This document shows, one piece after another, positions 1-12,083 of a DNA stretch of 64,000 nucleotides. The position numbers were made by a program, and so were the translations under genes. This DNA is from Lepidodermella squamata (lineage: Eukaryota > Animalia > Gastrotricha), in contig JBLDXI010000028.1 in assembly GCA_047495785.1 (NCBI GenBank), forward strand, positions 1,550,001 through 1,614,000, read 5' to 3'. The notes under the pieces are model-generated. The model ran no database searches and was not told where the DNA came from. It worked only from the letters and a program-made list of their open reading frames with translations. Position 1 is the first letter of the stretch. The number at the start of each line of letters is the position of its first letter.

Positions 1-506
1 TCACCGAAGTAAAGATAGTCGAAACTCATCATTCCGCCTGAATCGATTTTCATGTAAAATTGCTTGGTAAATGAGTCGAAATTTCCGCGTGAGTTGTAGT
101 TGTGAACTAGAGGCCGCCAGAAGAAGCGTTCGTCGATGAAAATTGTAGTATCTTTGTCTTGCATATAACCAGGGCAAGGAATTTTCCAGGAAAGGCGTAA
201 CGAGCCGCTAACAGCGAAAGTCTCTGCGAAATCGTCGATGCCTATTAGTTGATGCGGGGTGAATGTAAGTGTTGTGTTGACGGAATTGCAGAGCTTGACG
301 TCCTGGAAATAGGCCATGAAGGAACACGTTGGCGATGAGTATTCTGGCGAAAGGTGAGGGCAGGCTTTCAGGATATCAGCTGTTTTCCCCCGTGTTACTT
401 CATCAATAATTTCCATTGTAGTTTTCGACTGCATTGTTGTTCTTGCAACAATATTTGAAACGAAACAGCTGAGAATACTCAGAATAACCAAATAAATTTC
501 AACCAT
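1..506 (-). CDS. Divergent intronless Cys-loop LGIC subunit, 5' part only (runs off the window edge)
   Basis: My translation from ATG 506: MVEIYLVILSILSCF...ILKACPHLSPEYSSPTC...KLC...IGIDDFAETFAVSGSLRLSWKIPC...FFWRPLVHNYN. It has the same signal peptide, 4-Cys N-terminus and WxP motif as the neighbouring paralogues. Confidence 0.9.
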   Translation of the reverse strand, partial: MVEIYLVILSILSCFVSNIVARTTMQSKTTMEIIDEVTRGKTADILKACPHLSPEYSSPTCSFMAYFQDVKLCNSVNTTLTFTPHQLIGIDDFAETFAVSGSLRLSWKIPCPGYMQDKDTTIFIDERFFWRPLVHNYNSRGNFDSFTKQFYMKIDSGGMMSFDYLYFG

Positions 507-952
507 GCCTATTGAGTATGAAAACTTCAAAATTATACTGGCTAATATTTGCAAATTAGCTGTTGTTTTATTTTTGCTGTGAATGCCTAGGGGATCACAC
601 TGTAAGCGGACTGCTTTGTTACACGGTCAGTCCTTAAATAATCGATTTTTTGATAGTGCAGCTTTTAAAAGCCTTCAGGCAAACATTATCGACGTAAACT
701 AAGTGACGTTTAGCATAAAAGGGAGAGCAAGACTAAATCTACTACGCGGACCAGATCTGACCTGGTGAAAAAAGCCGCTAAAAAATAGCAGCGGAAACTT
801 TTTCCTATATCAGCTCTTTTAAATTTAATTTGCCAAGTCCGGTGTAAGGTGTGAATTTTATTTACTGAAACTCGCATTACACTACACAGGTAAATCGCTA
901 AATTCTTTATTCACCTTATCCCGATTGGACACCCTTTCGGCCACACGACTAG

Positions 953-2107
953 TCACGTAATTCGCAATACAACCGAGAAAAAGTAGACGTTGACGAGAAC
1001 ATAAAGGACCAAAGCAATAATGAAAACGAAAAGGTCAAGCAATCGATTGAACCTAATTGATAGAACGTTGATCCTGAGGCACAATCTCTTCCTCAAAAGG
1101 TCAGGCCGTTCTTTGAAAATACCGCAGGCTATGATCGAGTATACAGCGCATGACAGGGAATGGAAAAAACAGAAGTCTGTGTACATTGACATCAATGTTC
1201 TCTGCGGTTTCGGTGGGATAAAATTTAACATCTGGCATTGTAGTATAATCATTCCTATCAAGATAGCTGTCTTCAGTATCGCCCGTTCTGGTAGGAAAGG
1301 TGGTAGAAAAAATGCGATTAGCTGCATTCCAGATAGCACGCAATAAGGAAGCATGAAATTTGTAACATAAAAAGTTGGATTTCGGCGGAATTTCATGCTG
1401 AAAATTGCCGCTGCTCTTTTTATCTTGTCCATGTCCTTCGTGTCATACCAATCTTCGTAATTCAGAAACGTCCAGTCGAATTCTTCATGGTCAGTTTTGA
1501 AGTGGTTGTCCTTCTCAAGCCTTAGCTCAGTTTGAGAAAATTTTACTGCTTTCGCGTTCTCCTGCATCAAGAAATTGACGTTGCATTGATGGGAATCGAG
1601 TGGGAAGTGACGAAAATCAAGATCGCACGTCGAAACTACGTGGCCATAAAGAAACAGTGCGAAGACCAACTGCCCTTTTGCATCCACTCGGACAGTAAAA
1701 GTCCGCAAAAATCCGTCTAGAAACCCGAAATTATCACGCGAGTTTTGCTGGTAGATATGCGGAGTCCAGAAGAGTCGTTCATCCAAATAGTAAGCGGTAT
1801 CTTTCTCCCAGCCATGCTTCTTACATGGAATAATCCACTGGAAGCGGATTGATCCGGATAAGGACATAGTTTCAGCGGTTTGATCGATCGAGTTGAGCCG
1901 TTCAGGCTGGAGTCTTACAGTAACGTTAACGGGATAGCAATCGGATCTTCCAATTAGAGGACAGCTCGGGGAGTAAGTTTCAGGGGACAACATTGGGCAA
2001 ACTGTTAGAAGATGCGCCGTCACGTTCTTCGTGCTATTCTCAATAACATCCTGAACAGACTCGGCGGCCACAAAAATGACCATGCTAGCAAAAACAAGAT
2101 ACCGCAT
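953..2107 (-). CDS. Divergent intronless Cys-loop LGIC (nAChR-like) subunit
   Basis: Signal peptide; FWTP; Cys-loop CDLDFRHFPLDSHQC; pre-M1 RRNP; 4 hydrophobic helices; M2 PERAILKTAILIG. Confidence 0.93.
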   Translation of the reverse strand: MRYLVFASMVIFVAAESVQDVIENSTKNVTAHLLTVCPMLSPETYSPSCPLIGRSDCYPVNVTVRLQPERLNSIDQTAETMSLSGSIRFQWIIPCKKHGWEKDTAYYLDERLFWTPHIYQQNSRDNFGFLDGFLRTFTVRVDAKGQLVFALFLYGHVVSTCDLDFRHFPLDSHQCNVNFLMQENAKAVKFSQTELRLEKDNHFKTDHEEFDWTFLNYEDWYDTKDMDKIKRAAAIFSMKFRRNPTFYVTNFMLPYCVLSGMQLIAFFLPPFLPERAILKTAILIGMIILQCQMLNFIPPKPQRTLMSMYTDFCFFHSLSCAVYSIIACGIFKERPDLLRKRLCLRINVLSIRFNRLLDLFVFIIALVLYVLVNVYFFSVVLRIT

Positions 2108-2261
2108 GGTAGTCAGAAATATTTAGCAATTACAGAAAATGATAGCCGCACGTACTCATGGGCAAGATTTAATGGCTTGAATGTTTACTCAGCTTCGCAT
2201 CCACAGAAACCAGTTTTTATTATGATTTAACTCGAACCAAATGACAAGTACATATAGTAAG

Positions 2262-3389
2262 CTAGCGTATGAAAATCACCAGCTGTAAACTAACGAACAA
2301 AATAGCGGCGAAAGATGCGACCGCTAAATCGAGAGCTCTAATGTTTGATATGGTCATAAACTTATGAACTCGATTCGATGCCCATGATTTGAATTTTTCT
2401 TCGATGAAGCAACTCAAGAGGCAGTAGATCGTACACGCCCATGCAATCAGGCAACAACCAGACGTGTAATACTTGATCAAAATTCGTTGAGGCTTGATCG
2501 GGATTTGGTTGAGTATTTCGCCTTGGAAAAATGTTAGTGCCAAGAGAATGGTTACCGCAAAATTCGCCCGTTCGGATTGGCCAGGCGGGAGAAGGAATGC
2601 CGGAATTTCCAAAAATGTTAGAAACGCGCAAGGCGCCATTAGATTCTCGATGAAGAATGAAGGATTTCGGATCATTGTTATTTTGAAAACCACCCTGCTC
2701 CTATTGCCGGTTATATTCACCACGCCGATGCTGCCATTGTAGCTTTTCAGCTTCCAATTATCCCCTTGACCTATGAAATCAGGAGATATCGAAATATCTT
2801 GACTAGCGAAGTAAACAACTGCTGCTAAATCTTGTATGACGAATGATATTTCGCAGGTTTGCTCGTCGAACGGGAAGTCTTCGAAAGCCATGGCGCAGTT
2901 TGACGAGAAAACTCCCATTATCTGCATGACAAAGCCGCGGTATTTAACGTCGGGTGTAAAGCCTGACCTCATAAAAACTCGACTCGTGAAACTGTCGCCA
3001 GCCATTCCAACATTTGAAATTGCGTTTTCATGCGTAATTCTCGGACGCCAGAATTTATCACCGACGTAGCGAAATCCAGCCATGCTGGTGGTTAAGTTAT
3101 CACAGTAGACCTCCCATTTCAGCCTTAAAGAGCCTGCGAAGTATGAATTCTCCTCCACGTCATCGATGCCTTCAAATGTGTCGAGAATCAACTGAATTTG
3201 AAGTTTTACAGGCGTGCAGATTTGATCAGTAGCACCAGTGCAATTTGGCGTGTACGTTTCGTGCCAAAAGTGAGGGCACCGAGCCATTAGGTCGGCTTGT
3301 ACAGGTTCCAACATGGACAAATAGTTTAAGCCATCTGCTTTGACGCTAATGACAACCATTAAAACCAGATAGAGGTTTGATAGATTCAT
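2262..3389 (-). CDS. Divergent intronless Cys-loop LGIC subunit
   Basis: Cys-loop CAMAFEDFPFDEQTC; FWRPRITHEN; M2 SERANFAVTILLAL. Start placed at MNLSNL (3389) before the signal peptide; an upstream in-frame ATG at 3422 is possible. Confidence 0.93.
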   Translation of the reverse strand: MNLSNLYLVLMVVISVKADGLNYLSMLEPVQADLMARCPHFWHETYTPNCTGATDQICTPVKLQIQLILDTFEGIDDVEENSYFAGSLRLKWEVYCDNLTTSMAGFRYVGDKFWRPRITHENAISNVGMAGDSFTSRVFMRSGFTPDVKYRGFVMQIMGVFSSNCAMAFEDFPFDEQTCEISFVIQDLAAVVYFASQDISISPDFIGQGDNWKLKSYNGSIGVVNITGNRSRVVFKITMIRNPSFFIENLMAPCAFLTFLEIPAFLLPPGQSERANFAVTILLALTFFQGEILNQIPIKPQRILIKYYTSGCCLIAWACTIYCLLSCFIEEKFKSWASNRVHKFMTISNIRALDLAVASFAAILFVSLQLVIFIR

Positions 3390-3962
3390 GTTATATGTAG
3401 AAAATAGGTGAATTCTGGCCATAACGTAATATTTCAGAGCTTTAAGCTGCAGAGAACAACTGATATGGTCTGCGCAATCAAGTATTGATGTTCATACACA
3501 CGGCAGCGCAGTCGCGAATATGCCTCATTTTCCCTTGAAATTGTCATTTGAATCTGATTTCCGTTTAAAAAAGCCTTTTCCGTTTGATTAAAGCTAATTG
3601 TAATCATAACTAAGGTGAGTGCTTAGTATTGGGATCCTAATAACGCCATAGAACTCCGCTTTTATTATCAAGCAAACACCGGCTGGTAATCGGCCAGGTC
3701 TTGATTAAACAGTATTTTTGATCAGCAGCCTTACTGTTAGTACTATGTTTAGACCATTCCATTTTAGATCATTTAGAAATAAGTTTTAACTGGCTCAATT
3801 CTCAATTCCGTATCCCATTAGTTTCTTAAATATTTTAAAGATATCAGGCCTCAGGCCACTTCAACACATTTTATTTGAATAACATTTTCGCTCGTTTTAC
3901 GAAGTTGACAACAAAAGACGAAGTCAATTTTTGAATTATTTATGTCTTTGCCATTTATGATG

Positions 3963-5099
3963 TTATTTCGTGCTTGAAAAATAATACCCAAAGCCATGAA
4001 ACTGAATACCCGCAAACGCTAGTATGGCCAGGGTTACCATAAGCAAATCTAGCGCTCTTACGTTTGACATCTGAATTCGATTGCAAACGGCTTGTGATGC
4101 TATTTTCTTACACGTCTTGGAAAAATAGCAACTTGCTAAGAAGTAGATAGCACAAGCCCAGGTTAACATGCAGCTATTACTGGCATAGGATCCCATTAGT
4201 ATGGCATATGGTTTGGTTGGAACTTGATTCAGAATTTCAGTTTGAAGTAGGCTAATAGTTAAAAGCAACGTAACAGCGAAGTTGGGCCTATCAGGGCTGC
4301 TGGGAGGGAGGAAAAACGCCGGTATCTGAAGGGATGTTAAAAAAGCGCAGGGTACCATCAAACTCCGAATGTAATAAGAAGGATTTCTGGCAAATGTAAA
4401 CTGATAAACGACTCGGCTTCTATTCCCCGCTAAATAAACGATATCGATCCGAGTAGAGTTGTTTACCAATTCCCAAATGTCGCCACGGCCGGTAAAGTCA
4501 TTTCCGATATCTATGGTAGAGTTGTGGAAAACGGCAGCATCATACGTATCCTGCATCCTTACGATCAGTTCGCAGGTTTGAGTGTCAAATGGGAATTTCT
4601 CAATATCCATTTCGCATGCGGAGGTGAACATGCCAAGGATCTGATGGTTGAACCATAGGCGGTCGGGGTATAAAAGTTTATTAAATACCAGACGCCTGGC
4701 AAAAGTATCACCCAGCATGCCTTTATTGAAAACTCCATTATGATGCAGGATTCGCGGCCTCCAAAACTTGTCACCCAGGTAATGATAGCCACTTAGATTA
4801 CTGGGCAATGGGTCGCAAATAAATTCGTACAAGAACCGGATGGATCCAGACATCTGGGTGTACTCCTCAACGTCGTCAATGCCATTGAAGTAGTCGAGCA
4901 TCAAATTGACACTAACTTGCAAGGGTTCACAGCGTGTGCCTTTATCCCCTCCCGGGCAAGTTGGCGAAAACGATTCGTGCCACAATTGAGGACAAGCTGT
5001 CAAAATTTTCTGCTGGAACGGTTCCAGCTGCTCCAGGTGAGTGTTCGCATTGCATGGCCAGGCTGCTGTCGCAAGAATCGTCAAACATTTCAGCAGCAT
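3963..5099 (-). CDS. Divergent intronless Cys-loop LGIC subunit
   Basis: Cys-loop CEMDIEKFPFDTQTC; FWRPRILHHN; M2 PDRPNFAVTLLL; closest to the 2262-3389 gene. First ATG is 5099. Confidence 0.93.
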   Translation of the reverse strand: MLLKCLTILATAAWPCNANTHLEQLEPFQQKILTACPQLWHESFSPTCPGGDKGTRCEPLQVSVNLMLDYFNGIDDVEEYTQMSGSIRFLYEFICDPLPSNLSGYHYLGDKFWRPRILHHNGVFNKGMLGDTFARRLVFNKLLYPDRLWFNHQILGMFTSACEMDIEKFPFDTQTCELIVRMQDTYDAAVFHNSTIDIGNDFTGRGDIWELVNNSTRIDIVYLAGNRSRVVYQFTFARNPSYYIRSLMVPCAFLTSLQIPAFFLPPSSPDRPNFAVTLLLTISLLQTEILNQVPTKPYAILMGSYASNSCMLTWACAIYFLASCYFSKTCKKIASQAVCNRIQMSNVRALDLLMVTLAILAFAGIQFHGFGYYFSSTK

Positions 5100-5181
5100 T
5101 TTCAACAGTGAATAACTCTTTGATTGTCATGTCTCGGTTGTTTAGAAACAGGAAATAGGGATATTGAGTTTTTTATTGGTT

Positions 5182-6342
5182 TTACATGCTTATGTACTTT
5201 GTTTTTACAGCAATTTGCAGTGCATACACATTCACGCCGATAAAACAAGTTATAGCTAGGATAACGAAAATCGAATCCAATAAACGAGCCCGACTAATGC
5301 TCCAACATTTGTTTTTCGACTTCGCAAAGATTGGAGCCGAAAAATATTTCCTCCACCCCCGGGCTAGCCCGCAGCTCACCAAGTAATAAACTGTGCAAAG
5401 CCACGAGAAGAGCACACAAAAGTCTGAGTAATTCATCAGAAAAACTCGCTCAGGTTTAGCTGGAACATTTTGCAGAATCGCACTTTGCAGCACTGTCAGG
5501 GCTAGCAGAATCGTGACTGAAAAGGAAGGCCGCTCCGGAATAGTCGGGGTCATGGCACAAGTCCAAACTTCCAGCCCGGATAAAACAAAAGCTGGGATCA
5601 TCAAATTGTACAGAAAGTACTGAGGATTCCTCCTGAACTTCAGCCTGAAAATTCCAATGCTCCTATTGCCACTGTTGATATTGATAGTATTGATCTCCTT
5701 TCCACCAGAGATATAACTCCAAGAGACGTCTGATGTAATAAAATCTTCAACGTGATGCATATCGATGTCTGCAAATTTGGCTGCAACGTTCGGCTCCTGA
5801 AGTAGAAACTGAATGTTACATTCATTCGTATCAAAGGGGAATAACGTGAAATCAAGATCGCAAGTCGAAACAAAGACGCCGAAACGCTGTAATGAGAACT
5901 TCAGCTGGCCTTTGTTAGCTTCCACATAGAATCGGTGTGTGAAACCGTGCTTCATTTGAAAATCAGCCATTGCGTTCTTGTGATTGGCATGCGGCTGCCA
6001 GAAGTCTTCGTCGAGGTAATACAAGGTTTTATCCTCTTGGTAGTAGTTAGGGCAACTAAGAATCCATGATAATTTAACAGATCCGCTGATTGAAAGCGTC
6101 TCGTCGACATCGTCGATTTCGTAGAAACTCTCGGGTTGTAGGAGAAGGCTGATATTCAGGGGTTGGCATTCCGATGGTTTACTCACTCTGCCGTCAGGGC
6201 ATGTTGGAGAGAAGCATTCCACCTCGACGAATGAACAGTTTCTCAACAGCTCATTTGTTCTCCTTCTCAACTCGAATCCTCTATTCACTGCGAAACTCTG
6301 AGGAATTAGGCCCATAGTAGCTAAAGCATAGAGCAGGAACAT
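5182..6342 (-). CDS. Divergent intronless Cys-loop LGIC subunit
   Basis: Cys-loop CDLDFTLFPFDTNEC; M2 PERPSFSVTILLAL; first ATG 6342 (MFLLYALATM signal peptide). Confidence 0.93.
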   Translation of the reverse strand: MFLLYALATMGLIPQSFAVNRGFELRRRTNELLRNCSFVEVECFSPTCPDGRVSKPSECQPLNISLLLQPESFYEIDDVDETLSISGSVKLSWILSCPNYYQEDKTLYYLDEDFWQPHANHKNAMADFQMKHGFTHRFYVEANKGQLKFSLQRFGVFVSTCDLDFTLFPFDTNECNIQFLLQEPNVAAKFADIDMHHVEDFITSDVSWSYISGGKEINTININSGNRSIGIFRLKFRRNPQYFLYNLMIPAFVLSGLEVWTCAMTPTIPERPSFSVTILLALTVLQSAILQNVPAKPERVFLMNYSDFCVLFSWLCTVYYLVSCGLARGWRKYFSAPIFAKSKNKCWSISRARLLDSIFVILAITCFIGVNVYALQIAVKTKYISM

Positions 6343-6498
6343 AGTTTCCAACTGCAAAAATCTTTCTTTAGAAGAGCCAACTCTTATACGAATCTGAAGC
6401 GTGAAGAAATTCAAACAACACTTTTATTATAGCTGCTTCGTTTGCCTTGAAGTGACAATGCAATTAAGATTCTCCCTTTCGTATCTTTCTCAGTATTG

Positions 6499-7647
6499 TC
6501 AATCAATCATTACATAAACCGTGCTAGAAGCATTCAGGAGTAGAAGAAGAAGCATAGCTATACCTAGAGCTGTTGCATCAATAATTCTAGCCCGAGAAAT
6601 CGACATGCGCCAGATTGTAAGAGTATAGATATTGAAAAATGTAGGCCATGTTGTAACAGCGCAACATGCTATTGAAGCATAAGCAACGCACAGCCAAGAG
6701 AAAAGAGCCGACAGTTCGAAATAAGTTGATATGAAAATCCTGTGAGGCTTGGCTGGGATGATCTGCATGACGTGGTTGTTCAAAAATATCAGTGATAAAA
6801 GTATTGTGAGACAAAAGCAAGGCCTGTTGGAGTCTGATGGGTGGATTAAAAATGAGAATAGTTGAAGGCTGGTTATCACGCTGCACGGTACTATCAGGTT
6901 GAATACATAATAAGCAGGATTTCTTCTCAGATTCATTGAGAAGATTGCCATACTTCTATTCTCGTTGTCACCTCTCAAATCAGAGGAGCTATCGATGAGG
7001 AACCATCCACTACCGGGTTTAATGAAACTAGGCGCGATGTCGAGCTTTGGAGCATCAAAGCTGACAACCTTTTCGCTATCTAAGAGTGAGAATCGCAATT
7101 CGCATTGCTGCTGATCGAATGGAAATTTTTCGATGGAGATCATGCATACGGAACTGAACGAACCAAAGACTTGCCAGCTGAATCGTAGGGTACCATTTCC
7201 CGGATAAGCGTGGATGAAAAATCGCATCGATAAGCTTTCAAATAAGCCAGGATTTGCTGCATTTTGGTGGACCAATCTAGGCTTCCACATCAAATCTTCG
7301 TGCGGATGGATGATCCATTCATCGGTTTCTCCGTTGCTCCAATTCGAGCATTCAATATTCCAGTTGAAGCGAATAAAGCCAGAGACGTAAAGGACTTCAT
7401 TAACATCGTCGATACTATCGAAATAGCCCAGATGGAGTTTGGCTGTGATAGGTGTGTTTTCGCATATCATGGTACCTAAGCATTTCGGAGTGTAATTTTC
7501 TTTAGCAAGTTGGGGACACTTCGTTAGAATAGAAAGTGACTTCGCCTGACTTTCTGGTACCCATGATGAAGATTCACCATGTATTATTCGACTTATGAGA
7601 ATAAGTCCCAAACTCAAGACGAGAAATTCAAGGAAAAATAACCTCAT
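6499..7647 (-). CDS. Divergent intronless Cys-loop LGIC subunit
   Basis: Cys-loop CMISIEKFPFDQQQC; MWKPRLVHQN; M2 SNRPCFCLTILLSL; first ATG 7647. Confidence 0.93.
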   Translation of the reverse strand: MRLFFLEFLVLSLGLILISRIIHGESSSWVPESQAKSLSILTKCPQLAKENYTPKCLGTMICENTPITAKLHLGYFDSIDDVNEVLYVSGFIRFNWNIECSNWSNGETDEWIIHPHEDLMWKPRLVHQNAANPGLFESLSMRFFIHAYPGNGTLRFSWQVFGSFSSVCMISIEKFPFDQQQCELRFSLLDSEKVVSFDAPKLDIAPSFIKPGSGWFLIDSSSDLRGDNENRSMAIFSMNLRRNPAYYVFNLIVPCSVITSLQLFSFLIHPSDSNRPCFCLTILLSLIFLNNHVMQIIPAKPHRIFISTYFELSALFSWLCVAYASIACCAVTTWPTFFNIYTLTIWRMSISRARIIDATALGIAMLLLLLLNASSTVYVMID

Positions 7648-8109
7648 TTTCCATCCAGGCAATTGGTATGTAATAAAAACCCAGGATGTCTCTTAATTAT
7701 ACCTGCGCACTTCGTTTAAGCGAGCGATGGCAAATATCAAATTTAAACATCTTAAGTACATTTTCCGTATTTATTTACATAGCGTATTCACGAGAAAAAA
7801 CATATGTCCATGAGTACATTGAGAAAACATGGCTATTGTTGAGCGAATACAACGGAATGTTCGAGGGCGTGAGTATCTACTGCAGCTTAATCTTCTGATT
7901 GTAGGTGGATGTCATACTGTCCAAATTGAACAAAGGTGCGGAATATGATAATCATCACCATCGCCACACACATGTCAGAGGTTAAAATAAAAGAATTCCA
8001 GACGAGCTGTCGTGTTGAATAACTCTAAAATTTAATTGATTTAGTCGCCTCAGTGCGGCGTTCTACATAAAATCGTTCTCATTGCTTATTGTAATTCAGA
8101 GTTTTGCAT

Positions 8110-9568
8110 ATGGCAGAGGTTGCCTCAAACATGTGCGACAGCTCCTCACACAAATTCTCATGCGAGGTTGGGATTCATTCCATAGCATTATATTAATATT
8201 CATATCTTTGCACAGGTTTGCTCGCAAGAAACAGACGGACGTATTCGATACGGCGCGAATGTATGCGATGCTTGTAAGAAATTCTTTACCAGGAATCACA
8301 GCAAGCTCGGCTCGAAGCGGTGTAGCGACAGATCGGGGAAGTGCAGCTTGTACCGATCGTCTTATAGCATCAGTGGTAAATGCCAGGCATGTCGCTTAGC
8401 AAAATGCTACCAAGTAGGGATGAGATATGGTAAGACGAAACCCCCAGAACCGGCTATTGATGTTGAGGAGGTTTCTGAGATTCAAAGTACTTGCCGCATA
8501 ATAGTTATTCGGAGTGACATAGCATAATGTTTTATAGGCAGGATAGTTCCAGGCCCGTCGAATTTTGATGCGATCAACTCTGAACGATCTCTTAACAAGT
8601 TTTTGGAGGCTCATGAGACTCTTAATTCGCTAGCATCTGTAAGTGTTTATTTCTATTACTTCAACAAAGGTATACCGCTCCTCCGCTTACAGCTTCCTCT
8701 TGCAACTGGTGAATGGACCCTGCCAGATGATGATAGCTTTGCCTGTTGGAAACTTGTCACCGATAATTATACGGCATTCGTTGAGCGGAGCACTGTTTAT
8801 ATCAAGAATCTCCCGGGTATCAAATAACTCAATAAAGTTACCTTCAAGATGTTAAAATTTGGATACATTTTTCAAGGTTTTACTCAAATTCCCTTGCCCG
8901 ACCGCTGCAAGCTGTTTGGTCGGTCGTTCCTACCTATCGCATTACTGTGGCGATCAGCCAATGGTTTGCCTGGATTTGGTATGAGCCCCGAAAATACAAC
9001 CACTCTTGTCCGCCATTTCCCCATATACGGAGTTCGCTCTTTCTCCCTTAACGTTCTCTTCTTCTCATGCTACTGAAATATTTTCAGACGATAACTAAAG
9101 ATGGCGTGGAGCATACAGCTGCGATCGCTAAAATGAATCTTTCGCGCACGGAGACAGCTCTAGTTGAAGCTGCGCTGTTTTATCAAAGTATGAATCAGCG
9201 TAGTTATAATGAGGAGGAATTCAAGATTCAGTGCTTTAATTTCATGAAGGTTGCGACGAAGATAATTTGGTCAACCCTGAGCTTGTACAGAGGATGTCAC
9301 GCGCCATCGATTATGCGATCGAAGCCATTCAACCGAGAAATGACGCGGGGAGATTACGCGTAAGGCTTTATCGCACAGAAAGCATCTTGTTAAAAGTATT
9401 TCGTATTGAATCCAGGTCAAACATCTCAATCTGCTACGCACAGGTTTAGCCGTGGTACCTAGCTATAATGGCCGCTTTATGCAGCGATTCTTCGAATTGC
9501 GACCTGATCTTGCTGTCCTGAATCGTACATGGTACGAAATTATGGTATCTCTCCCTAAGAAACTCTGA
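8110..9568 (+). CDS. Divergent nuclear hormone receptor (multi-exon), copy 1
   Basis: Exon 1 8110-8166 (MAEVASNM...SCE) and a 49-bp GT-AG intron 8167-8215. C4 zinc fingers follow: CE|VC...YGANVCDACKKFFTR...C...C...CQACRLAKCYQVGM. LBD signature YIKNLPG|FTQIPLPDRCKLF; helix-8-like LSRTETALVEAALF; last exon ends ...EIMVSLPKKL* at 9568. Internal exon borders are approximate. Confidence 0.88.
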
Positions 9569-9603
9569 AATGTTGCGCGATACAAAATGTTATGGACAGC
9601 CAC

Positions 9604-9612
9604 ATATAAAAA
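9604..9612 (+). promoter_or_regulatory. Candidate TATA box upstream of nuclear receptor copy 2
   Basis: ATATAAAAA about 200 bp upstream of ATG 9806; motif match only. Confidence 0.2.
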
Positions 9613-9805
9613 GGAACAATGAAAATTAAATTATTGATTTGTTTCGTGAGCGATAAACACGACTGCCACATCTAATAAAGATGAGTTGATTTATCAAACC
9701 TTCATCTAATGAAGCTAATGGCGACATTATATTCTACACAGTAACTAACCCTGAAAAAATCAAATCGGAGGACAAGCCTAACTTGAAACGTCAGGGATCT
9801 TAGCT

Positions 9806-11199
9806 ATGTTTGAATGCGAGGTTTTTGCATTTCACTTTATCATCTGGAGTTGACCCACATTTTTACTTTTTAAGGTTTGCTCGCAGGGTACCGATGGTAG
9901 AATGCGGTATGGCGCGCAAGTTTGCGACGCGTGCAAGAAGTTTTTCACCCGCAATCACAAGAAAACTGGGCAACTCGAATGTGTAACCGGCATTGGAAAT
10001 TGTAGCCTCGCTCGATCCATTAACGCCCGACAGGATATCTGTTCAGCCTGCCGCTTAGCCAAGTGCTACAAGGTTGGAATGAAACATGGCGCAAAGAAAG
10101 AGTTCAGGAAACGAATAAAACTAGGTAAGTGTTCAGGCCAAAACTGTCGATGGTAACTTGATTTCCTCCTGCAGGGGTGAGAGATAAGAGTAATTTCTCT
10201 CTGGTGCCAACTAATTTCGAAGCAATCCAAGCTGAAATTGCAATTGTTGAAATCACCTCTGCGTTTGATTCTCTCTCACCAATTGCGACCGTAAGTCGTT
10301 TTGAATAAAGAATGATTTTATACATTATATCATTACAGCTTCCGCTAACCACTGGCCAAGAACTACTTCCGGCTAACAATATAGCGGATTGTTGGAGCGC
10401 TGCAATGGAGAATTACTCTTCCTTGATTATAACTGCGATTTCTTTCTTGAAACGACTACCAGGTGGAATCGTCCATGCCTGAACCACTTTCTACTTTTAA
10501 ATCTAATTTCGAACATAGGTTATTCGCGGATACCATTGAATGATCGTTGCAAATTGTTTGGAAATTCGGTTATGCCGATAACTCATCTCTGGCGTAGTAT
10601 TAACGGCCTACCTGGATTTGGGCTTTCTCACCAGAACACCACCATTTTCGTGAATCTTTTCCCGTTTTATGAGGTTTAATTTCCCTGTAATTTTAATGCG
10701 GAACAACATTCTTTTGTAGCCAATCGCAGCTAACAGCATGAAACTACATACCGAAATCGTTGGCTTGAGACTCAACCACTTGGAAGCAGCTTTGCTTGCC
10801 GCATATCTTTTCTTTGAAAGTAGCAAGATTACTAAACTATACCTTTTGAAGCATCTATTGTGACCTATTGTAATTGAAGGTTCCGCTGATGACCCGTTGG
10901 AGGAACCTGAACTGGTAGAGACAATGTCTCGAGCAATAGAATGCGCTATATCAGCAATTCAACCAAACGATAACTTTGGCAGAAACCGGGTATGTGCTAT
11001 ATTGAATTTCGCCACTGGCATTACCAATCAATGTGGATAGGCATATCAGCTGATGCAACTGCGCCCAAATTTGGCTCTAGTCACAGTTTACAATAGACAA
11101 TGCAACTCTCAGTTTTTCGAACGATGTCCAGAGCTTGCAGCTTTAAATCGCTCATGGCGCGGAGCCATGGTATCTCGACTCGGATCTTTCTATCAATAA
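9806..11199 (+). CDS. Divergent nuclear hormone receptor (multi-exon), copy 2
   Basis: MFECE|VCSQGTDGRMRYGAQVCDACKKFFTRN...CSACRLAKCYKVGM; LBD signature FLKRLPG|YSRIPLNDRCKLF; last exon ...GAMVSRLGSFYQ* (TAA 11197-11199). Introns are about 45-70 bp. Confidence 0.88.
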
Positions 11200-11554
11200 A
11201 CTTGTAACCTTTAGCTGCACCTAGCTGGAATAATTGTTCGATCTCAATCTTCATCGATGTCGCCTAGAACTGTCACTAAATAAATATGCACGAGATTCCT
11301 ACGTGTTGGCCTAGTCATACATTCACGATTTATGTTACCACGCATGGATGAGATACGGTTACGAAAGCGACAAGGCGGGCCATTGAAGTTGAGCAGGTTT
11401 CCTAGATTCAAAATGATTCAAAATAATTTAAAATGAGGTCTATATCTCTCAGGTGGTATCCAGCAACTGAAAGAAGTTTTGTCAACCTTCAAACTTCGGA
11501 TTATGTTATATGTTCGTTTATCTATCATCATGTAGGATTCAAGATCAGTGCTTT

Positions 11555-11860
11555 AATGTATATATTAGGATGTAATGGAGATAACATGGTGAACCCTGAG
11601 CTTGTTCAGAGGATGTCACGCGCCATCGATTTTGCGATCGAGGCCATTCAATCGAGAAATTACGTTGAGAAATTACGAGCAGTATTTTGAAAGCATCCGA
11701 TTGATCGTTTATCCTATTTATTCCAGGTCAAACATATAAGCTTGTTACGCTCAGGTTTAGCCAAAGTGCTTACCTATAATGGCCGCTTTGCATATGCAGA
11801 GATTCTTCGAATTGCGACCTGATCTTGCTGTCCTGAATTGTTATTATGGTTTCATCCCTC
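11555..11860 (+). pseudogene. Nuclear receptor pseudogene fragment (duplicate of the last two exons of copy 1)
   Basis: MVNPELVQRMSRAIDFAIEAIQ is nearly identical to copy 1 at 9267. The last exon has an extra ~4 nt (gctttgcatatgcag vs gctttatgcag) and a truncated end. No DNA-binding exon lies upstream. Confidence 0.8.
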
Positions 11861-12083
11861 TACGAACCTTTGCGCGATGCGTGGTTGCCCGATTAACCTT
11901 CGATTGACAGCCGCATAGAATTAGAAGCATTGCTAATGTGTTATTTTTATTTTCAAACCATGACTCACTTGTCACATCTAATAACGAAAAGTTGAAGGAT
12001 AAAATGAAACTGATCGCAAAATTGCATTCCGCACAGTGGCTGTCTGAAGTTACTCTCTGAATAAATTAAATCGGAAAACAAGT